A stretch of 64,000 nt of DNA from Epiperipatus broadwayi (GCA_028023455.1 JAQFVV010000004.1:16802001-16866000); one strand, 5' to 3'. Shown: positions 51,050 through 63,599, numbered from the stretch's first letter. Notes: generated by a model from the sequence alone, not told the origin. Program-made: numbers and translations.

Positions 51050-53000
51050 ACCCCCCCAATAAGACAGCCTCCTCTATGCATATGGAGAAAATAATTATCA
51101 CCCCAATCTAGAACGGAAACAGAATGATTGTCACAGACAAGCCTTGGCTCATTTGTTTGTAACCCCACTATTTATTTATTTTTTCATTTATCTTTCAAGT
51201 TAGAATAAAGTCAAAATCTCTTGCACTACTATTTTTCTTTCTACATTTAAACTCCTTATCATAAGAACATTACAATATGTTTTAGTTCTATTTAAGGCGT
51301 AATTAGATAAGAGAATCCATTCTGGACTACAATTTCTAAAATATATAATCCATAATGGGATGGCGTGTTTTCTTACAATGTCCATACACTGGATATTTTG
51401 AACCAATGATTACTTTAGGTATTATTTACCTAGATTTGTTATTATTATTATTTTTCAATAGATATGATTTATCATAATTTCTAGGATACATTTAATTGCT
51501 AAAGAAAATATTCTATCATGTGAAATGCCTTGGTCAATCAACCTTTTCTTCTTAAAAAAAGGATTGCTGGGAAAATCCAGAACTAAGTAAAGATTCAGTG
51601 CTTCTTTCCATTCAATGGATCATCATCCAGTCTCAAATCAGATTTCATCAGCTCATTTTCCCTGAGGTGATTCAACGGTCACAGCACTTCTCCAAGAATC
51701 ATTCATCTGATGAATTCCAGAAAAACTCTATTTGCATTAGAATAAAAGTAAAAATTTCTTTATTGTTGGCTAATAGGAAATGAGGACTTACTTTTAAGAA
51801 ATAGATTCTCCATGCCTTAACATTTGGTACAATATTTTAAAAGAATGCACAATTTAATGGTGTTGAAAAAAACTTTTTTTTGCTATAATGCATGACCAGC
51901 ATACCCCCCCCCCAACAAATTCCCTAAAAATACATTCCTGCAAAATGCAATTTCTATCTCTCCCATGAATCACAGAATATCGATCAACTTTACCATCTCA
52001 AATTTTCTTTAACTCTAAAACATTACAATTTTTTTTAATCCAATATATTCATTATCCTTCATTTCCCCCCCAAATTAATTTATCTAAATAAGAAGGGGGG
52101 CAGGGAATATTTTTCTCAATTACTGCTATTTTCTCCAGATGTCTTGGATAATTAGGGTTGCCATTTCTCTTTCTTTTTTACCTAGTTCCTTCAGGTAGAT
52201 TTGTTCTCAGACTGTGGTCAGGTTCATTAACTACTTTTCGCTTAATTTTCAACTCTTTTTTATTCATCCCTTTGTCTCATCTTTTCATGTAATGTTTCTA
52301 CATACTTATGTTGTTGTTCTCTCATCTGTATAAAACTTTCAATTTTTGAGTTGCTTTCACATTCTAAATTGATCAATTTTTCAATTCTCCACTCCCGAGC
52401 ATTTTGCTTGATTTTTGACATCTGATCTATCACTTGTGTTATTCTTTTTTGCTTCACTTCCCCATTTATCTTAACTATTTCTTCATATAACTTTTTCTCC
52501 TCTTTCAATTTTGATTTATCAATTTTCTTACTTATCTGATTTATTCTTTCTGCTGCCTCTCTTATCCTGATTCTCTCCCCCCCCCCATTTTCTGGACAGA
52601 TTCTGAATGGTTTCTTATTCATTTTTTGATTGTCTTTTTATTTTTCCAGTTCAATATCTTCCATCATCATCATTTGATTGTTTTCATCAATATCATCTAA
52701 ATTTCTACCCTCTTTCAATTGCTTTTTTTTATATTTTCTTTGTTATCCTTTGATTTTCTTTTCTTTGCCTTATTTCTTTAATCTTCTATTTTCATACACA
52801 TTTAATTATTTTTGTCAATCTTTCTTATCATCATCTGATTTTCTCTTTTTTTCTTGACTGTCTTCCTCCATTAATCATTTTTTGATTTTCTTGTTCTCTG
52901 TCTTGCTTATTTTCTTTGTTTTGTCTTCTTCTCTCCTTTGATTGCTTTCTTTTAAGGTATTAATAAGATCTTCCATATATGTAACTCATTTTTTATCTCA
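51050..53000 (-). mobile_element. Decayed 5' half of a non-LTR element (coiled-coil ORF1-like + APE remnants)
   Basis: K/E-rich ORF 52260-52622 followed by DRYSVIHGRDRN..GGGMLV, MILGE and further APE-like remnants. Confidence 0.45.
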
Positions 53001-53299
53001 TGCTTTTGTGATTTAATGCCAAGTCTCATTTGGATCACTACCAAGTCATACCAAAATGTAATAGGATATTTTGGTTGGTGATATCATACCTGATGATATC
53101 ATCATGCCTCCTGTTGGGCCATCAAAATATAACAGAAATTAATGGTCTAATAGGTAATATGTTTGCATTTCATAGTGATCCATTAAAATATAAAAGAAAA
53201 TGAGTTTTATGTTCCACTAACTAAAGATGACTATACATGTCTCTATATGGATAAACTACACAATTGATGCATAAAATCTCCTTCGAAATGTCAAAATGT

Positions 53300-54400
53300 A
53301 CCATAATAAGAAAATGTTTTCTTTTTTAGAGAAAAAATATATAATACTTAGTTTTCAGATATGAAAATCTTCCCATATTATAGAGTGCTAACCATCCAAA
53401 TAATTTTTTTTTTCTCTTTAAAATTTTAATAAAGTTATGATCTCCTTCAGTAAATTTTCTTCCCAAACAAAAAATTTCATTCCCTTTATTTTTTAAAGTT
53501 AAAAATTGAAATGACTAATATTGATCTATAAATATTTCGAACACAAAAATATGAAATCAAAGTTAATATCTATAAATATATAGAACAATTATTTTGTTAA
53601 CAATACAGCTATATACAATTAAATAAGAAAAGAAATAACATTAATGAGCTAACTTTTTTTTAAATGTACAGCACAAATCTTTTACACGTTCTTATTGTAT
53701 AACTAATCAGTTAAAAATTTTTTCTTTAAAAACTTTTGTAGATAATAATTGATAGTGTTCTGAGCTCCAGGTTTCCACTCCACAGTTCTCTAATAGTTAT
53801 TTAAGTTCAGATTTTCTTTATTATGCTTTTAGACAGATATACCCATTTACAGTTGGGTTCAAGAATTTTTGGAGATAATAATAATTCTGAGTTCCAGGTT
53901 TCCATTCCAAGCTCAGATTTCCTTTATTATGTTTTCAGACAGAAATATACATTTACAGTTGGGTTTAAGATTTTTTTCTAGAAACATATATTGATACATA
54001 AATGAATCAATGAAATTCAGCTCCAGGGTAGCCTTAGCACATGCTGTTGAAAAATCCATATTATTATGCATAATGTCATACTGTATACCATTTTTTAGCT
54101 TGCAGAATGATTAAATATTATTTATTTTCCTGTTAGAATAATCCTTTGAATAATTTTCTAAATAATAGCTAGTAATTTCAAACTGTAGACCAGTAAGGTC
54201 TAAAATTTTACATTCTTATTAATACCAACTTATTAGTGACTTCACTTATATATAATCTTGTCTGTTAACCAATTTCTAACAATTCTTTAATTCTCAATAT
54301 GGGAGGAAAGAAAAAAAACTTAATGGTATTTTTATTAAAACATGAAGTAAAAAAATACCTGACATTTTGTATTTCTGATACAAATAAATTTTGATCATCA
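53300..54400. repeat. Diverged interspersed repeat, related to 49600-50950
   Basis: See partner; also a local ~130-bp internal duplication (53760/53887). Confidence 0.55.
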
Positions 54401-55564
54401 ATGAATGATTTATGCATGTAAACAATTAAATAAAATTTAATATCATTTTTCTTTTTTTAACATTTAAATTTTCTTGTCACATTATCAATTAATTTTTAAA
54501 TAATGTAATTCTATTAATTTATATTTATTACATATCTTTTCTACATGTGTATCAGTTGTATGAGATTGTGTGGATAGTTGAATGGTGCTTGAAAATCTGA
54601 GTTCAAGTCCCCTATACTTATTACATAAGCCTAATTCTCAATATAGTCATAGTGTGATCCAGTCAGATAAGTCATTCTAAAGATAAAAATTCAGCATGAA
54701 TTTGAATTTTCTATGAATTGGAGATTAATTTGCCCAGGAAAAAAACAACAATCTGCAACCTTCACAAAAAATCACTTAAAAAGTAAAAGTGGCAGAATTA
54801 TATATTCTTTTCACAAGAAGAATTAGTTGACCTCTCAGAGACATTATAAATAATCATATCTTATGTAATCTTGATACACTCCTATGCATTCTCATGTCTC
54901 TCAACATAGTAAATTATAGGCAAGCAAACTCTGACTGAAAAGAAAAGAGCTGAACTGCATTGATTCATTCCATATCAAAATGTCATTTCACAATATGGGA
55001 TAAAAAGGATAAGAAATTATAGTGAATTATTTTGTTAACAAATTTATAATAAATACTATCACTAATACAAATCAGAATCTAAAGTATTTATATAGACAAC
55101 ATGACAATCAAAGCATATTTAGGGCATTAAAGAAAAGTAAGAAAATCGTAAAAAATAAAAAAAATTATTTGTAAAATCGATCTGAAAATAAAAATATTAT
55201 CAAAAAAAAAAAAAAGTGCAAAATTTAATTGCAGTAAAGTAACAATATTTTTAATTTTTTAAATTCTGGTCTTAATCTTAAAGTTTTGATTTATTCTTGT
55301 ACAGCAGTAACCTTGTAACTATGTCCACATCATGCTTGGAGTTTTGTAAACGACTGGTGTATATTAATAAAACATGCTGATTTATTTAATGCTCTTATAG
55401 ATGGCTTGGAAGAGAACTCCAATAGGCACTTGAAGTTAAATTTATTAAAAATCATGTCATCTTGGTGATGTTTTGATTGTAAATGAGTTTCGTCATTTTC
55501 TTATTTGAAAATACAAAGACATTCATATCTTAAAGTTTTAACTGAAACATGGCAAAATTATCGA

Positions 55565-55627
55565 CTGTATGGAGAGTTTTGCCTGTTTTAACAGCTCGAA
55601 CAAGCATAAGAAGTAATGATCATGTGA
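55565..55627. repeat. Family 1 end fragment
   Basis: CTGTATGGAGAGTTTTGCCTG...GATCATGTGA. Confidence 0.65.
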
Positions 55628-56611
55628 TATTTAGTATTTTCTGCTATCTTATAATGGTGTATTGACTGCTTCATGAGCTTTAAAAAATCAAATAGCTAAG
55701 CTTTGATCAAATTTAATGAAAATGGGTTTGATTTTCTTTATCGGCTTAATGCTATTTGCCAACATTAGCATAATTTATGATATTCAGAGTTTTCAATCTC
55801 CACTGACACTTTTAGCAGAATAAAAATGGTTTTTAACAATTGCCCGATTCTTTGTATTTACATATCTACATTGATGATAAGGACATTTAGTTAATTTTAG
55901 ATCGTCACTCATTTTATATACCAATCAAGAGTGATTTAATCACGTTATTTCTATTCCATAGCAGATTGTGTTTTTCTAGAAAGTTTATTATTTTAACAGA
56001 ATCAGAGTGAAAAATCAAATTATGCACTTTCTCAGTAAAAAAAAAAAAAAAAAAGGCAGTGATTTGTTTATATTTTAACAATGTTTTTAAATAGATAGGT
56101 TGTGTTTCTCTAATTTTTTTTCCACAATATTTTTAAGTTAACTTCAATAATACCAATATATATGGCTATCTCTTAACTGTACATCATGACGATTGAGTTA
56201 TTATATCTTTTAACAGTAAGAAAACATTCATACTAGGGTTCAGCAAACTTTTTAACATAAAAAGCCATTTGTTTGAATACTCCCCAATAAAAGAGCAGCA
56301 AGGAAAGAGGTAAAAATAGGTTCATAAAAAATATGAATTTCCTAATAGTTGTGGATCTATTTGAACATTTCTTTTAGTAATAGAACATAAATTATAAAAA
56401 CTCTCTTAAAAATAAACAAACAAAAATTACTTTGATAGTTTGATTTATTCATAAAATTTCTAATATTTAAACATTAATATATAATAATAATAATAATTAT
56501 ATAATAAGACTGAATTCAAGAAACAGTGTTGTAAAGTACACTTTTCCTCTTCTAGGGTCATCAAAATATTTATTTACAAATTACAAGAGGAAATAAGGCA
56601 TATGTTTATCA

Positions 56612-56931
56612 TGATAAAAAGAGTGTTAAACCATCAAACATCACATGATCACCATCTCTATACTAGCACATAATTTGTTGTAAACAAAGGCAAAACTCCC
56701 CATACAGTAGTGCCACCCTGTGCCAAACAGAGTAATCAATGGATGCCAGAAGGCTTGTGCATAAAATCCCTATCTAGTGCCACAAGCCAGAAACTAGTTT
56801 GGGGATATTGGATGAGTAGGCACTAGATAGGGATTTTATGCACAAGCCTTCTGGCATCCATTGATTACTCTGTTTGGCACAGGGTGGCACTACTGTATGG
56901 GGAGTTTTGCCTTTGTTTGATAAAAAGAGTG
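56612..56931 (+). mobile_element. Family 1 insertion with perfect 100-bp fold-back and 14-bp TSD
   Basis: TGATAAAAAGAGTG at 56612-25 and 56918-31; arms 56682-56781 / 56819-56918 are exact reverse complements; the 37-nt spacer holds the 3' half of the HHR. Confidence 0.9.
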
Positions 56932-57577
56932 ACAAGATTGAGATCAAACAGCCTCATATGACTCGCAAGTCACACTGTACTGACTCTTGATATATAATAA
57001 ATAATTGCGAGACTCAATTTTATGAAAACATAAGAAATTTGTGCTGAATCAGAAAATATTTTTTTCTCCTAATTTTCTTACTTATTATAAATGTAAATTT
57101 TAAGCATATTTTTATGTCTAACATATCAGTCTATCCTTACATTTATCTAACAAAGATACTAAATATGATTCAGTAAAGATTGGGGCTTTACACAAAAATA
57201 GAACTGCCATACACAAACTGATGTCAGAAAAGTCAATGAAGTCACAATTGCTGATATACAATGGCTAATTGACAAAATCAGAGAATACTAGAAAGAAATC
57301 TATATGTGCTTTATTGATTACAACTGTATTTTTGATTCGGTTGATCATATTGAATATTGGACTACCCTGCATAGTTTGATACAGTGATAGCGGACCAGAC
57401 TCTGGAGCTCAAAATTTTCAAATCACAATTGGTTCTATCACTTCGACATTCAAACTTACGAATTCTCAACAAAAAAGATATTTGATTATTATTATTCAAC
57501 AATAGATTGCTAATAAGAAAATGGATAAGGCTGTATATGGTCACCCTATCTATTCTATTTTTATACTAAATATATAT

Positions 57578-57850
57578 TATATAAAATGCGCTAACACACA
57601 CAAGCACACAAAGCTAAAAACAAATAAAGCAAACATATATTATTTTAATATCTATTCATTAAATGGCTAAGCACTTTCAAGGTTCAAGCCCTCATAATCA
57701 TAGCCGTATTACAAAAAAATATGGCTGTGATTATGAGGGCTTGAACCTTGAAAGCGCTTAGCCATTTAATGAATAGATATTAAAATAATATATATTTGCT
57801 TTATTTGTTTTTAGCTTTGTGTGCTTGTGCGTGTTAGCACATTTTATATA
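57578..57850. repeat. Palindrome of PLE terminal sequence (133-bp arms, 7-nt loop) with two back-to-back family 2 HHR motifs
   Basis: Arms 57578-57710 / 57718-57850, 6 mismatches; HHRs at 57663-57707 (-) and 57721-57765 (+): AUGGCU-RUGAUUAU-GAGG(GCUUGAA)CCUU-GAAA-GCGC-UU-AGCCAU. Confidence 0.92.
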
Positions 57851-58129
57851 TTTTGATTCATAATTAGCCACAAAGTAGAAACTATTTGCTTAAATACATA
57901 TTGTGAAAAGCCAGATTAGAAAATAATAAATATTGATTCAATTATTGGTAGAAGAAATATGTAAATATACCACTCTTATAAATGAAAAAGAGAAAAGATG
58001 AAGATTCTTATTATAAAAAGTTAGGATTATGGTTCAATATAAAAAACATCAAGATTGTGATAAATTTACCAGCTGACTTCAAAGCTTATAATGAATGGTT
58101 TTTCCTCTTTTTTTGGATCATTTATCAAC

Positions 58130-58570
58130 AAATGGATCCAGCAATCAAGAGATTTGCTTCAGCCTAATCATGGGCAAATGAAAGATCTGGAAAAGATCTT
58201 TTAGATAATGGGATATCTTTAACAAAAAGATCCCAATGTTCAAGCTATATTTTTTTGGGTCTATCTACGAATGTGAAAGTTAGTCATGGAAGAAAATACT
58301 GATGCTTTTGAACTGTGATGCTGGTGAAGCCTTTTGTCAAAACATAGATAACAAGAAAATGATATTTGAATAGTTTAGGTTTATGAAAAATTACCAGACT
58401 AAAATTGTCTTATTTTACTTATGAAACAATTTCAAATTCATTAAAAATGTCTATACTGCCTAAAACTATCAATAATAAAAAGGTAAGGATGATCAGTAAT
58501 AAAATGGATGAATGACATTATCATAATGATTAATGTCTTTGAGCAATCTAAAAAATCACGTTATTCAAAT
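58130..58570 (+). mobile_element. BovB-like RTE 3' coding fragment, decayed
   Basis: YECES*, DAFEL*CW*SL, KITRLKLSYF, KWMNDI resemble BovB MYGCESW..IDAFELWCWRRLL..RLKLSYFGH..RW.D.I. Confidence 0.65.
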
Positions 58571-58714
58571 GATTACTAAGAAATGATGTTGTTTTTAATT
58601 ACCTTTAATAATATCTGCAATTATAATTCACTAAACATAATTTAAAAAATTATCTAATAGCCTGGAGTCAGTGAACAAATTTTTTTTTTTTTATAATTAA
58701 CTCCATAGATATAA

Positions 58715-58907
58715 AACAAGGCAAAACTCTCCATACAATAGTGCCATCCTGTGCCAACCAGAGTAATCAATGGATGCCAGAAGGCTTGTGCATAAAATCC
58801 CTATTGAGTGCCTACTCAACCAATATCCCCAGACTAGTTTCTGGCTTGTGGCCTTCGTCAGTGAGGAACCCTGGATGTGCTAGTATAAGAGATAGTGATC
58901 ATGTGAT
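58715..58907 (-). mobile_element. Full-length family 1 HHR retroposon (193 bp) with 12-bp TSD
   Basis: CCATAGATATAA (58703-14) / CCACAGATATAA (58908-19); sense begins TCACATGATCAC and ends GAGAGTTTTGCCTTGTT. Confidence 0.85.
58819..58876 (-). ncRNA. Type I hammerhead ribozyme motif (family 1, best copy)
   Basis: AUCCA.GGGU.UCCUCA-CUGACGA-AGGC(CACAA)GCCA-GAAA-CUAG-UC-UGGGGA.UAU.UGGUU: 6-bp stem I, palindromic ACUAGU stem III, GUC site; A.A at the base of stem II is non-canonical. Confidence 0.75.
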
Positions 58908-60480
58908 CCACAGATATAACAATTCTAAATCATAAATTCATAAATAAAATGTTTCAAACCTATATGATTTGTTGGAACTGTGTTTGCCATTCTGAAAGTG
59001 AACTTGTATTTGAAAGTTTAAATGTCTAAAATTAAAAAAACTCAAAATTAAATAATTAAAAATTCAAAAATATTTTTTAAAAGAATGAAATTGAAAATTG
59101 AATTTGGGCCAGATAAACTTGGAATTTTTTTTAGACTATAGGCTTACAATTTTTCTTTCAGATAAGTAGTTCATTACCAACCCAGCCTGCCATCCAATTA
59201 TTGGTTGGTAAATGAAAATCTAACTATTTTTTGCTAAAGAGTCAAACAAAGATGAAAAACACTCTAATTATATAGAAGTTGTCAAGCATACGGAGTTATC
59301 CTTTAGAAGATAGTTGAAGAGATTTTGCCTTGCAGTAGATTATATCTGAATATAATCAAATATGCAATTTAAATATTATTGCACTTGAAAAATTATTAAT
59401 TAAATATTTCAGATACTGCAAGGATAAATTATGCATTAGTTTAATTATATACAAATATAAACATTTTTAAGCCATTTTAAATATAATAATAGTGATATAG
59501 CTATTAAATTTGAATGCTAAAATAATTGAATTGTGAGAGTGATAACTAATAATGATGTTCAAGTAGTAATTGTTAGTCATTGTGGATAGTGTAAATCAAT
59601 AAGGGGTTTAGAAAAAGATCGGCAATAGTAAAAGATTTCTTAATGTGTAATGACCAAAAATTACACATAATGAATCTGATGTTGTATTGTGCAATGTCAC
59701 TTCTTGAATTCTGAATACACAACTTGCATATTTTGTATTGCATATGCTGTCATGACACACAACACCAATGAATGTTTCCAAAATACCTTGCCTCAGATTT
59801 GGGGACTATTATATGGTATGAATTGCAATGTTCTGATAGAGTAACTATGAAAAATAAATGACTTAATATTTTCCTGATGACATTTCTCAGTCTATAAGTA
59901 TTAAAATAGCATACTTTAAATTGTATTGTGTTAGAATGTTTGATTTTAATTAAACATTGTTATCTCCTTCTTTTACAGAAAACCTAAGTGTTTGAATGAA
60001 AAACCCTTTAGAATATTTCTTCACCACCATCATTGTATGATTATGTAAGTGTGAATATCATTTTCAGTTTTTTAAATTCAATTCAAACAAATGTAATTCC
60101 ACAAACTGTATTTATTTGAAAAATTATTAGCAATATTTATTTATATTTTAGGATTAAAATATTTTTCAGTTATGGATAAGTGGCTAAATATAAACCATTG
60201 AGGTAAAAACATTTATGATAATGTGGAAGTCTTTGCTACCGGACTGTAGATCTAAACTGACAAAAAAAGAAAAGAAAATATGTTAAATTATTTTTGCGAT
60301 ATGGATTTACTTCTAATAATCATGATAGTAAAGAAAAATCTCTTTCTTTAATTTGTAACGAGGTTTTGGTTGAGGAGATCATGAAATCAACCAAAGTAAA
60401 ACAACTTAATATCAAACAGACAGCATACTATATAATATACCAAAGGAATATTTTGAACTACTTAAAATTTTTTTCTTCTT

Positions 60481-60568
60481 CTCATGTGTCATAGCATCAG
60501 CCGGGAAGCGAACCCGCTAACCCAGGACAACTACTTGTAAAAACTCTCTCGCCCACCAATGCTTGACT
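60481..60568 (-). pseudogene. Second tRNA-Gly-derived repeat copy
   Basis: AGTCAA-GCATTGGTGG...TTACAAG..GGTTCGCTTCCCGGCTGATGCT-ATGACACATGA shares both flanks with 10473-10561. Confidence 0.75.
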
Positions 60569-60639
60569 TTTAAATAAAGAAAAACAATATTTTGATAATT
60601 TTTTATTCCCAATAAGAATAGTATAATAGCAAAAATTCT

Positions 60640-60900
60640 CAGTTCTAATCATTAAGATAATATCTCACATTACCTGCTGCTATTAAAATGTTTATTGATA
60701 CCAAATAAGAATGGGAAGATGCAGAAACATCATGTTTCATATAGGAGAAACTGTTTGGATACATGATACACTAAGAAAGAAGTGATAAACAGAAATTGTG
60801 ACAAAAATTTCTATCTAAACAATTACGTATAAAAGAATTAGCTGATGGTAAAGAAGTCAGAAGACACATTAACCATAAGAAAAGCTGGTTAAATGATCCA
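60640..60900 (+). mobile_element. Gypsy-type integrase C-terminal fragment
   Basis: FHIGETVWIHD ... LADGKEVRRHINH. Confidence 0.55.
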
Positions 60901-60960
60901 CTAAATCAAATAAATGAAAGAGCAAGTTCTTCCATAGTGGATGCATATGATCCTGTAAAG

Positions 60961-60980
60961 CAGGGGCCTCCAAACTATGA
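60961..60980 (+). mobile_element. Probable left TIR of a hAT-Charlie element
   Basis: CAGGGGCCTCCAAACT preceded by CTGTAAAG (fits nTnTAnAn); no partner TIR in the window. Confidence 0.45.
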
Positions 60981-62122
60981 GATTTGCGCGAAAATGTGCC
61001 AAATAAATTAATTTTCCAATGGGAATCTGCAAAATGAATGGGATGCTGTAGATTTCAAATGTGATAACTAAAATTGTATTTAAAATTTGATATTCCATAT
61101 TATATTAATATGTTATTTAAGAATTAGTCCGGCAATAATTTTCTAATCTTGCAATCTCGGAAAATAACATCTGCGTGTGAGCTCCTGTTTCTTACAAATT
61201 TAACTGATCAATTTGAGAAAAATGACAATCTCTTAAGTTTACTTATTGCAAAATGATAATCTATAACTTTATTTAGTGGAAATGAAACAAACATGTAAGT
61301 ACCAATTAGAAAAAAATTAAATAAACAATTTTCAATATTTGCGATTCTCAAAAAAAAAAAGGCAATTTAATGAACCAAGTCTAACTATTTATTATCAAGC
61401 AATTTATTTTCAAAACAAATAATCATGTGATTAAATTGGAAAAATTGCAACAATTTTCAGTATTTTGGGAAACCAAAATGCAGTTCAATCAAAAAAATTT
61501 CAGTATTAATTATAATTTTCAAAACAATTGCTTTTTTTTTTTTTTTGAATCACAAATATTGAAAATTGCTTATTTGAATTTTTATATTTGGTACTTAAGG
61601 GTTTGTTTCATTTCCACTAAATCAAGTTATAAATCACCATTTTGCAGTAAAGTTAGATGATCGATTACTCATGCCAGCACTTTCATGACATCACAGCATA
61701 GTTTAAATCATAAAATGATGAGCAAAACAAAACAACGTTAAACTTATTACTAATAATAATCACTAGTTATTATCATAAATAAATTTTAAATAATTTCTAA
61801 TTACTATGAATTACAATTTAATTCTTTGATTTTTTTAATTTGGCATTCTATTGACTACTAATATTTATTTACAAAATTAATTAATTTCCTAAAAAGATTG
61901 TAAATGAGTTTAATTTGATCTTTATATGCACATTTGCGCCAATGACTTTCATATATTATTCACCAGATTATTAATGCTGAACTGCAACTATATACATCAT
62001 GGTATTTCTTCACTCTTGTTTGGCCTTGATCGACAGTATCAGTTCACAGTGTTATAAATGGTTGTGATGCTGTGACATTAATTTTTAAATTGAATCTATA
62101 AGTTTGTTATTAGCCTTATAAC

Positions 62123-63290
62123 ATGACTGACAGATGGCCCATGGGTTTTCCCCTCAGCAGCATCATTTCCGGCCTATATTTAAACCACTTTGAAAACATA
62201 ATCATTCCATCATACCTCACATACCTTCCAGATGTCATATACACAAGTTATGTTGATGACATTTTCATTGCCAGACCAGATCCTTTAATTCAGAATATTA
62301 AAACAAATCTACAAAGCCACTCAGCTTTGCAGCTTACAATTGATAGTGAAAACTCATGTCAATGTCTCACATACTTAGATTTAATAATTCAAAGAAATAT
62401 ATCTCATCTTGATTATATCATGTGTGCTAATTTGCTTGAAATTTGTGGGTTTGTGCACCCTAATGCAACTGTTCCTCAATCTTACAAACTCGCAGGTCTA
62501 TCCTCCTTCCTATTCCATAACCATGTCAACATGAATTATTTTACAAGGCAAACATAGAATTATATCTCAAAGATTTAATGTCTATTGGGATTCAAACACA
62601 GTCTTCTAAAAAGAAAAGGAAAACAATTTTACAGCAAATTAAATTCTAACCCTCCTACTAATGTGAAACCTTGGCTTTTCTTGCTATACATTTCTAAATT
62701 AACAAAAACTTTTAATAAAACACTCTTTCCAATTTATCACCTTGCTTTCCATACAGCCCTCCCATCTACAAATAGATTACTCAACAACAACCAAGGACAA
62801 GCTTAAACAAGAACTCATCCCTACCACTTTTTATCAAATTAAATGCCTCTAAACCGGATGTCAATATATTAGGGTGAAACTCAAACATCCTTATCTACAT
62901 GCCTTACACAGCATCAATATCTATACAAAAGAGCCTCAGACAAACAAGAACACAGCTCTATTTTCCTGGAATATCAAAAGGTGACAGGACATCAATTTAT
63001 TCCTTCTTCTTCCACCATTCAATACATAGAAAGAAATGACTTTAAGAGGAAAATCATAGAAGTATGCTATATATCCAACAACAATAATGCTATCAATCGC
63101 AAAGATTCATTTCCCCCCCTCTCCAAAAAATGGATGCTCTAATCTAAATAATTAACACTGTAATTTAAATAAATTTGAATTCCATCAACTGCATATACAT
63201 ACACACTCATCTGTCCATTATTTTCCAACATTAACTTGTTATGAATATGAGAACCTCATAAGTTCTCGAAAGCACTTAGCCATATAATTT
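62123..63290 (+). mobile_element. Penelope-like element, 5'-truncated and decayed (RT + GIY-YIG + terminal HHR)
   Basis: WPMGFPLSSIISGLYLNHFE, YVDDIF, YLDL; YQIKC..YIR.ETQTSLSTCLTQH; KRKIIEVCYI. Confidence 0.88.
63236..63282 (+). ncRNA. Minimal hammerhead motif, A3-U8 core variant (family 2)
   Basis: GUU-AUGAAUAU-GAGAAC(CUCAUAA)GUUCUC-GAAA-GCAC-UU-AGC. Confidence 0.65.
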
Positions 63291-63599
63291 TTATAGAATA
63301 AACTTCTCTATTAACGCATATAAGAGCACATATTACGTCTGTTACATTTTATATATGAGAAGTACAAATTGTTAACTCTTTTTTTACTAGCCTTTAGGTA
63401 TTTTGACTTTTGCTACTTGTTACAATTGTCTATCCACAAGAATTCTTGCAGTATTTAGTGCAGTAGTGAAAAATTCTTAATTTCATAAATTTATGTTTAA
63501 AGGCACATTTTCATTTATTCAGATATTTGCTTGTGCAGATTCCTTATAATTTAATAAATGTTTATAAATTTATTCTTTTTAAGTTTTAACAAGAGTTGG

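Noticed and set aside
45350-51730. Other CTGATGA hits (45356 in STN1, ~49030, ~51645, ~51709)
   Set aside because: No paired stem II followed by GAAA-N-UH; expected by chance
54560-54615. tRNA-like A/B boxes (TAGTTGAATGG, GAGTTCAAGTC)
   Set aside because: No cloverleaf and no second copy; at most an ancient SINE head
56232-56260. hAT-like end CTAGGGTTCAGCAAACTTTTT
   Set aside because: No partner TIR or TSD found
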